From IMG/VR virus record IMGVR_UViG_3300004807_000026, positions 1-58,581 of that record: 58,581 nt of DNA; one strand, 5' to 3'. Below, piece after piece: positions 52,139-58,581 of the stretch. The DNA is from a virus (Duplodnaviria; Caudoviricetes). Below the pieces are notes generated by a model. It was not told where the DNA came from. It worked only from the letters and a program-made list of their open reading frames with translations, and did not search any database. Positions within the stretch are counted from its first letter, which is position 1. Each line of letters begins with the position of its first letter. The position numbers and the translations under genes were made by a program.

Positions 52139-52213
52139 TGGCTACCCGGCATGGACTCGAACCATGAATGAGGCTTCCAAAGAGCCTAGTGTTACCAATT
52201 ACACCACCGGGTA
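52139..52213 (-). tRNA. tRNA-Gln (UUG)
   Basis: acceptor TACCCGG/CCGGGTA, D-arm GTGT/ACAC, anticodon arm AGGCT-CTTTGGA-AGCCT, T-arm CATGG-TTCGAGT-CCATG, encoded CCA. Confidence 0.95.
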
Positions 52214-52218
52214 TTAGC

Positions 52219-54423
52219 TTAAAACGGCTCTTCGATCTGCTCGTCGTGGGAAAGGCGGGCCTTGCCAAAGTAGAATTTGTAGACGTTCTTCCCGACGCGG
52301 TTGAGGCGCTTACCAATTAGCTCGGGCACCATCTTCTGTTCGAGTAGCTTTCTAAGCATGATGCCGATGCTGCGGGCACCGAACTTCTTGAGTGATTCAC
52401 CGACTCCCTCAACGACCGCGAGTTGATTGAGTAACTCGGTCGCCATGATCTCGATCTCCTCGATGCCCTCGGCACGTTTGGCGTTGACCCATCGGTCGAG
52501 GATCTCGCTGAAAATATACTCCTGACTCTCGACCTGCGCCTGATGCACGAGGTCTTGGTGATGGAACGACCGGACTCCGAACCGCTTGTAGATTGGATCC
52601 TCGATCTTGTCCTCTAGCTTTACGTCGAGCACCCACCGAAGGAAGTACGGAAGCTCGCGCTTGATGCGCTCCTCGTTCTGGTAGTTGCTGCCGTAGAAGT
52701 GTGGCCTGAATCCCTGCGACAGCTTGAACAGCATGACCTTGTCCCGGATGGTGCCGTCGAGCGTGGGGAGAATTTTAAGCGACTCGCTGTCGATGTTGCA
52801 GGTGACCACGACGCGCCCGAGGAACGGTAGCTCGATGGAGTCCCGGAACTTGGGCTGGTAAAGCTGCGAGGGGTTTGCAGCCATCTGCTTGAGGCTTTTG
52901 GTGAAGAGTTGCCGGGTGCCGTGATCCCCCTCGGTAGCCGCATCGTCGCAGCGCCACAGGGCGCACTCGGCTCCCTGCTTGTTAAATGACGTCTGCTTGA
53001 GCAGGAGAGGCTCCGCGTCCACTGAGCCGCCGACGGCTTCGCCGATGACCCACTTGTTCAGGAACGACTTGCCCGTGTGCGCTTCGCCCGCGATGATCAC
53101 GACCTGCCCCGGTAGAGGCTTGCAGTCGAGGCAGGATCCGTAGAAGCGCCTGAACCACGAGATGAAGTACTGCCACGCCGGGACACCGTCCTGATGACTG
53201 TCGAACGCGTTCATCACGAACTCGTGCAGCCACGGGAACTTGGTCATGTCTAGCGTGTCCGCGGGTTTCATGGCACGCTTGTTGGAGATGTTCAGGTAGC
53301 GCTCGCCCCCCCACTCCACGACCTCGTCCGGTGAGAAGAGCACAGGCACTGCTGCAGTGACGCGTCTTGCCGTGTGGAGGTGCATCAGCACGCGCTCGAC
53401 CTCTGAGATACGTGATCCCCGGGATGGACGGTCGTCGCAGCCTGTGCCCTTGATGTGTAGCTTGGCGTCCTCCTTACCGAGGTAGACGTACGAGTGACCG
53501 TTGTGCTTCGTCCAGTAGTGCTTGCCGTCGAACCAGAAGAGGGACGCGGCCTTGCCTGTCTGTTCCGCCTCGAACCGCTCGACGAACTTAGCGCCAAGTA
53601 TCGACTTCCACGTCTTGAAGTTGGTGCCAGCGCGGTCGCTGAAGCAGACCATGCCGTTCTCGGTGACGATAGCGCCCTCGCGCTGAATGCCGTCGTCGAG
53701 CCAGAATAAAGGCTGCTTGTTACCGATCTCGAATGGGCGCGTGAGTCGGTCGGGAAACTGTGCCTGAATCTCTGCAGCGACTACGTCGAGCGGGATGATC
53801 GGGGCGTCGCTAGGTGCTACTTTGGAACGCTCGCCAGCGACCATCATGCAGGCTTCCAGTAAAGTCTCCGGGAGGGGAGGGATTGTGTTCTCGCCTAATC
53901 GTAGCATGTCCCAAGCGTTGCCGAACTCGAAGTACTGAGATGGCTCGAACGACTTCTTGTCGAATCCGGGAAGTGCGTCGGAGATCCGCACTCGCTTGTT
54001 GAGCTCGCGGATGAATTCCTCGGCGACGTCTGGGTTGAGTACGTTGACTGGCTTCTCGAACATCCAGATAAGCCGCACCTTGCCGGGAGTGAATGTGGCG
54101 ATGACATATGTCGGCAGGTACGCGGTTGACTTGGCGAGGTCATCGATGCGATCCATCGCGGTGTCCGCGTCGTAGTCCGCGACGACACCGTGCATCCACT
54201 TTGCCGGGTTATCCTTGGTGATGCGCTGCGCCGGGGTGACTCCCTCGAATGCGGAGATGAATATGCCGCGGGTGTCCGCTAGCCCGCACCACGCCATGTA
54301 CTCGTCCTTGGTCTTAGGCGGACGGTCGAGCATGAGTCGCGGGTTGTCTGTCTCGTAAAGCAAGGTGTCTGTGGTCTCGGTGACCTCGTGACTGACGACG
54401 TTTTGTAGGGTGAACAGTTTCAT
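52219..54423 (-). CDS. primase-helicase (AEP-like N-terminus plus SF3/DUF5906 helicase)
   Basis: GVVADYD and TPGKVRLIW primase-like motifs; Walker A GEAHTGKS, CDD Walker B, VVTCN motif C. Confidence 0.8.
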   Translation of the reverse strand: MKLFTLQNVVSHEVTETTDTLLYETDNPRLMLDRPPKTKDEYMAWCGLADTRGIFISAFEGVTPAQRITKDNPAKWMHGVVADYDADTAMDRIDDLAKSTAYLPTYVIATFTPGKVRLIWMFEKPVNVLNPDVAEEFIRELNKRVRISDALPGFDKKSFEPSQYFEFGNAWDMLRLGENTIPPLPETLLEACMMVAGERSKVAPSDAPIIPLDVVAAEIQAQFPDRLTRPFEIGNKQPLFWLDDGIQREGAIVTENGMVCFSDRAGTNFKTWKSILGAKFVERFEAEQTGKAASLFWFDGKHYWTKHNGHSYVYLGKEDAKLHIKGTGCDDRPSRGSRISEVERVLMHLHTARRVTAAVPVLFSPDEVVEWGGERYLNISNKRAMKPADTLDMTKFPWLHEFVMNAFDSHQDGVPAWQYFISWFRRFYGSCLDCKPLPGQVVIIAGEAHTGKSFLNKWVIGEAVGGSVDAEPLLLKQTSFNKQGAECALWRCDDAATEGDHGTRQLFTKSLKQMAANPSQLYQPKFRDSIELPFLGRVVVTCNIDSESLKILPTLDGTIRDKVMLFKLSQGFRPHFYGSNYQNEERIKRELPYFLRWVLDVKLEDKIEDPIYKRFGVRSFHHQDLVHQAQVESQEYIFSEILDRWVNAKRAEGIEEIEIMATELLNQLAVVEGVGESLKKFGARSIGIMLRKLLEQKMVPELIGKRLNRVGKNVYKFYFGKARLSHDEQIEEPF

Positions 54424-54469
54424 TCGTAGGGGTTGTGTTTGTAGTGGTGGTTGGGTTAATAGGGCAAGA

Positions 54470-54619
54470 TTATTTGTCTGACAGGCGTCGCTTCTGCTTC
54501 CGGGCACGCTTTACGACCTTTCGGACTTTCTTGTAGATCATCCAAAAGAAGACACCGAATCCTATGGCTAGAAGTGAGACGGTAACGTGTCCCAGCATAG
54601 GCATGTCGTTGTAGTTCAT
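54470..54619 (-). CDS. small membrane protein, absent from the ORF track
   Basis: 49 aa MNYNDMPMLGHVTVSLLAIGFGVFFWMIYKKVRK...; TM plus basic tail. Confidence 0.45.
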   Translation of the reverse strand: MNYNDMPMLGHVTVSLLAIGFGVFFWMIYKKVRKVVKRARKQKRRLSDK

Positions 54620-54680
54620 ACGTCGTCGTCGTTGTTCCAGTCGTCTTCGTCCGGTTCGGGTTCTTTGTACGGTTTCATAA

Positions 54681-55157
54681 TTAAAGTAATGGGAACCAAC
54701 GATAGTCCATGATCCAACTTTCTAATGCATTGCCACTGCCATCTAATCCGCGGTTCAAATATCTATGTAACTTAGCGTTTCCATCTTTTATGCACTTCAA
54801 TATCTCACTGATTGACGCGAGTCTTATCTGTGACTCGGTCATGTCTTTGAATTTGATATCGAGTACAACTAGGAAAAAGGAATACGGTGTGTATCTTTTT
54901 ACGTCTTTATCATTAAGCGTGAATGCGTAATCAGGATCGAATCCATATTGGTTAGACGTAAAAAACTTTGTCCGGATTGTTTTAATGTCGGAAGGAACAA
55001 TTGTAAAAATATCGTGCGCGTATTTGTTAGACGATTTTTCTGGGTTCTTAAAAAAAACAAGATCAGAACTTAAATGACTCGACAAAAAAACCTCTTCCTG
55101 TTGTTCACCGTATTTGCACCAAGCATCTTTATTTTGTCTATCTATGTAAGTGTCCAT
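54681..55157 (-). CDS. AT-rich PD-(D/E)xK-like nuclease, possible homing endonuclease
   Basis: GEQQEE...HDIF....DIKT; composition differs from neighbours. Confidence 0.5.
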   Translation of the reverse strand: MDTYIDRQNKDAWCKYGEQQEEVFLSSHLSSDLVFFKNPEKSSNKYAHDIFTIVPSDIKTIRTKFFTSNQYGFDPDYAFTLNDKDVKRYTPYSFFLVVLDIKFKDMTESQIRLASISEILKCIKDGNAKLHRYLNRGLDGSGNALESWIMDYRWFPLL

Positions 55158-55159
55158 AT

Positions 55160-56929
55160 TTATTTCTTGTAGCACTGCGACAGTGATCCCTCGGCACCTA
55201 GAGGCAGTCCCTCTGCCCACTCAGGAGGTGTTGACATGATGTGTGTGATGGCTTCGAGCGCGAGGTCAGCGGTGCCGTCGTCAATTGTCTGGCAGACGAC
55301 TTCGTCGTGCACGCGCATGATGATCGGGCAGTACAGAGTCTCGTTGAGCTTTGCAATGCGGAGGCAGCAGTCCATGAAAACATCGCGTGCAACCGCTTGT
55401 ACGAGGTTCTCACAAATTACGCCCCCCCAAAATCCGAGACGCATCATCTGACCCTGTCGGGGGATCATCGCGGTGAGTCCACCGTGATCCACTGACACCT
55501 TGCGGTACGTGAGCGTGCGACCGGATGGCAGCGGGAAGTGAGCGTCGGTGTCGTTTGGATCCTGCGCCGTGCTGCGGAGGTTATCTTCGAGGTCGCGCCA
55601 CAGCTTGGTAATCAATGGATTCTTACTGCGGTACATCTTGACTAGTCGCTCGGCTTCCGCAGGCTCGACGTCCGAGACACTGGCGAACTTCTTAGCGCCC
55701 ATGCCGTAGCCTAGTCCTAGTGCTAGTTGCTTGATCTGATGCCGTAGCGCCTTGTCTGTGTCCTTGAGTGCTCCATCCTTGCTGTAGAGTCCCCACGCAC
55801 GCGCCTGAGCCTCGTACAGGTCAGGGATCTCCCGGATGTACTGGAGCATCTTAGTGTCCCCGGCTAGCCAGTGCAGGACACGAGGCTCGATCTGTGCAAG
55901 ATCGCAAATGACAAAGGTTTTACCCTTCGGTGCGCGTATCATGCTGCGGACGTCAACGCCGAGGATCTCTCCCTTGGGGAGATTCTGCAGGTTAATTCCA
56001 GCGTCGCCCGAGTCGCGCCCGGTATGAGCGCCAAAGTATTTTAATGAGTAGGGCATGGTGCCGTCCTCCCGTAGACGGGATCGCATCGCCTGCAGCGTCG
56101 CCACGTGCTTGTTAGCGCGTCTGTAGCTTCGTACTGCTTTGATCCACGCATGTTGCAGGTGGAACTCGTCCTCCCACTTCTCTGCTTCGGGATCGTCCTT
56201 GGCAAACGAGTTAGGTGCCCAGATCCCTACCTTCTTGCATTCGTCTCGAATTGCTCCCGGGGATAGGATCGCTTCGCGGTCTGCCCACGGGATGTTGATC
56301 TTTGCTTCCCAGATCTCGGTCTGGAGTGTGGTGATGGCGCGGTCGATGCCCTCCTTGTCAAGCGGCACTCCTTCCGAACACATAGACCGTGTGAGGTATG
56401 ATATGTCGCGCTCGAACTTGCTGAACTTGTCCCCGTGCTCCTGATACAATCTCAGGCAGTAGCGGGAGTCATCGATGGCGTACTTGATCACGTCCTGCTG
56501 GAAGAAAATATCCATGTCCCCCCATCTCTTGCCCTTCATGTTGTCGCGTACCGTCTTCGACAACTCTACCCCTAGCATCTGCTGGCACGCCTCCTTAAGG
56601 CTGCGCGGGTATCCAAGTGCTGCAGCCATGTCCGCGGTGCATACCCACTCCTTGATAACTATGTCCTCGGGCGCGTGACCTAGTTCCTGCATGCGCTCGA
56701 CGACCATGCTATCAAAGGCTGCGTTGTGTGAAAGCCACGTGACGTCTTCACCGACTATCTGCGACCAATCAAAATCTTTGGGGTGTCCCGCCCATTCGAG
56801 TCCGGTGTCAGTGACAACGGAGAGTAGGTACAGATCCGCCTGCGGGTGGCGGAGGTACTGATAGATTCCCTGTACCTTGAGGGAAACTTCGTCCGAGTAG
56901 AATGTCTCGGTATCTAAAGCGACGATCAT
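55160..56929 (-). CDS. polA: DNA polymerase family A with 3'-5' exonuclease
   Basis: DTET, HNAAFD, YAIDD exo motifs; HTGR.SG..INLQN; DLAQIEPR (A); RHQIKQLALGLGYG (B); VHDEV (C). Confidence 0.95.
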   Translation of the reverse strand: MIVALDTETFYSDEVSLKVQGIYQYLRHPQADLYLLSVVTDTGLEWAGHPKDFDWSQIVGEDVTWLSHNAAFDSMVVERMQELGHAPEDIVIKEWVCTADMAAALGYPRSLKEACQQMLGVELSKTVRDNMKGKRWGDMDIFFQQDVIKYAIDDSRYCLRLYQEHGDKFSKFERDISYLTRSMCSEGVPLDKEGIDRAITTLQTEIWEAKINIPWADREAILSPGAIRDECKKVGIWAPNSFAKDDPEAEKWEDEFHLQHAWIKAVRSYRRANKHVATLQAMRSRLREDGTMPYSLKYFGAHTGRDSGDAGINLQNLPKGEILGVDVRSMIRAPKGKTFVICDLAQIEPRVLHWLAGDTKMLQYIREIPDLYEAQARAWGLYSKDGALKDTDKALRHQIKQLALGLGYGMGAKKFASVSDVEPAEAERLVKMYRSKNPLITKLWRDLEDNLRSTAQDPNDTDAHFPLPSGRTLTYRKVSVDHGGLTAMIPRQGQMMRLGFWGGVICENLVQAVARDVFMDCCLRIAKLNETLYCPIIMRVHDEVVCQTIDDGTADLALEAITHIMSTPPEWAEGLPLGAEGSLSQCYKK

Positions 56930-56947
56930 TTAGTTTGTAGTAGTAGA

Positions 56948-57034
56948 GAAGCCCGCCGCGTGATCACTACGCGTCAGCAAACAGCACCCACGCGGTTCGG
57001 AGATCTCCTCCGACTCCTACGCACGGCGAGCTTC
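56948..57034 (-). ncRNA. structured intergenic RNA element upstream of polA
   Basis: 13-bp closing stem with two minus-strand G-U pairs enclosing two hairpins. Confidence 0.5.
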
Positions 57035-57041
57035 AGATTAC

Positions 57042-57803
57042 TTAGAGTCCAGCGATAGCTTGGAAAAACTCTGGATTCTTGTGCTTGCCAGCGAACTGAG
57101 CAACGGGGACATACCACGAGTTTTGAGCCGTCTTGCGGATCTCACTGTGGAGGTTGTAGTACCCGGTGAACAGACCACCGCGCAGGAGACCGACTGAGTC
57201 GGTGATCAGGCGCTTAGCGAGCGACGTGTAGGCGGAGCTTCCGACCGTGTACATCGCGAGCGCGTAGCTGTGGTTCCCGTCGTTGTACGGGAAGTACTGC
57301 ATGTTCTCATCGCTGAGGTCATCGGGAGCCGCAACTGCGAGTAGGATGTCTGCCATCTCGACGCAATACTTCTCGTCGCCGTACTGCAGCGATCCGCCGA
57401 AGGCGCGTACCTCGTCCATCGTGTTGAACTTCGGAGGCATGTCCTGAGACGTACCAAACTCAACCTTGAGTTGGTAATACTTCTTGAGGCGCAGCGGGGT
57501 GACGACGAACGACTCGCCAGTCTTTGCCAGTGGGATCTGCTTCTCGAAGAGGAAGACTCCGGGAGAAAAGTCGTTGCTGAGGTTACCGGACTTCTGCACC
57601 AAGTTGATGCGAGGAACCCGGATGTCGGAGGCACTGATGTCACCGTCGATGCCGACCCCTGTAGCAGGAGCTACGGAAAGCGTGTTGCAGGACGATTCAG
57701 CGAGTGTGGTGTCCGCCTCGCAGACCTCTGCGGTACGGTTGATCTCGGCAACGGGTGCCGTGGTGGTGCGTGTGCCCTTGGGGGCGAGTGTTAATGTAGC
57801 CAT
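57042..57803 (-). CDS. putative single-stranded DNA-binding protein
   Basis: DIRVPRINLVQKSG, SWYVP; position between the Cas4-like nuclease and polA. Confidence 0.6.
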   Translation of the reverse strand: MATLTLAPKGTRTTTAPVAEINRTAEVCEADTTLAESSCNTLSVAPATGVGIDGDISASDIRVPRINLVQKSGNLSNDFSPGVFLFEKQIPLAKTGESFVVTPLRLKKYYQLKVEFGTSQDMPPKFNTMDEVRAFGGSLQYGDEKYCVEMADILLAVAAPDDLSDENMQYFPYNDGNHSYALAMYTVGSSAYTSLAKRLITDSVGLLRGGLFTGYYNLHSEIRKTAQNSWYVPVAQFAGKHKNPEFFQAIAGL

Positions 57804-57837
57804 AGGACTAGTTTTTTGGTGTTTGGTGTTTTGGTGT

Positions 57838-58581
57838 TTACTTACGGATGGGCTTCAAGAAATGGATTACTCCCTCTTCTTTCAACGCACCTTTGTCGCG
57901 GAGTCTGTCTTCCAGTTGCTGTCGGACGTTGCCCTTCTGCCCCCGGTCGGCTTTCTCTGCGACTATCTTTTCCAGCGTGGGTACACTCACTCGAGTGCAC
58001 GCGCTGAGAAATTCTTCAAAGGTCATCATGTCGCTGACTGCGGCGAAGCCGAGTAGCGGCGACTCGACGGTACGTGATGTCTTGCGTTCCTGAATCCTGA
58101 AGTCTGGTAGTTCAAGACCTTCCTCCAGCGACTGGCGGAGCATCTCCTTCTTCGTAGACTCTGCCCACTCCGCAAGCATATTTGCGAGCTTCAGGATCTT
58201 GTTCTTGTCCTCCGCGGATCCCTGTGTCGAGACGTCTTCAGGAACCTCGTACCCGGCTTTCTTAGCCACGAGGAGTGCCTTGCCTGCTAGCGCCCGGCAG
58301 GAGCCTTGACGCGCACAGTAGTCGCACACTCCCTCGGTAGGATTGAAGTACTGAGGATCCTGAAATACTGCCGTGCGTGCTTCTTTAGCGCGGGCAATTA
58401 CTGTTCCCACTCGAAGCCCGAGTCGCGCAAGGTCTCCGCGGGTAAATTCGGCCACAGAGACTTCGTGTCTTCTTGGGAGAACAAAATAAAAGTCGATCCT
58501 TTCCACGTTAGGGAACATGCTAAATACGCCGATGGAGTAGGCGATAGCTTGTAAATTGACTTCAGCGTCTTCGACGGCACC
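57838..58581 (-). CDS. Cas4-like/DUF2800 PD-(D/E)xK exonuclease (5'-partial)
   Basis: frame open to the window edge; NLQAIAY (QxxxY) and CDYC...C Fe-S motif. Confidence 0.8.
   Translation of the reverse strand, partial: GAVEDAEVNLQAIAYSIGVFSMFPNVERIDFYFVLPRRHEVSVAEFTRGDLARLGLRVGTVIARAKEARTAVFQDPQYFNPTEGVCDYCARQGSCRALAGKALLVAKKAGYEVPEDVSTQGSAEDKNKILKLANMLAEWAESTKKEMLRQSLEEGLELPDFRIQERKTSRTVESPLLGFAAVSDMMTFEEFLSACTRVSVPTLEKIVAEKADRGQKGNVRQQLEDRLRDKGALKEEGVIHFLKPIRK

Noticed and set aside
1-58581. Stop-codon reassignment, introns, inteins, DGR or integrase
   Set aside because: Core genes are intact and tightly packed under the standard code; the tRNA is a normal Gln(UUG); no RT, intein or recombinase motifs were seen in the window.

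Overview
This window is most of the genome of a tailed dsDNA bacteriophage with podovirus-like organisation. Nearly every gene is on the minus strand; the exception is an HNH endonuclease at 47529-47972. Read in transcription direction (right to left), the modules are: (1) replication: Cas4/DUF2800-like nuclease (partial), SSB-like protein, family A DNA polymerase (Leu762 type), primase-SF3 helicase; (2) tRNA-Gln(UUG) followed by an unrecognised structured RNA; (3) a cluster of small early ORFs interrupted by a ~460 bp array of different imperfect palindromes; (4) an iteron-rich origin/terminus-like region; (5) packaging and head genes (TerS, TerL, portal, scaffold), with a five-gene glycosyl/methyl-transferase cassette just before the major capsid gene; (6) decoration/fibre genes including a sulfotransferase fusion; (7) lysis: holin(s), u-spanin-like lipoprotein, GH108 endolysin; (8) tail adaptor/nozzle and Cys-free ejection proteins, ending in a 3006-aa polyvalent protein; (9) a PurD-like ATP-grasp enzyme coupled to a protein carrying an Erv/ALR-type sulfhydryl oxidase domain; (10) a second early cluster with DUF932, RuvC-like resolvase and small ORFs. 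The u-spanin-like gene implies a diderm host; the host lineage cannot be determined from sequence alone. The strongest candidates for undescribed biology are the palindromic operator-like (decoy) array, the Erv oxidase paired with Cys-rich capsid/tail proteins, the (F/L)MPREVQE-delimited polyvalent protein, and three strand-specific structured RNAs. All calls come from motif recognition by eye; no database searches were run.
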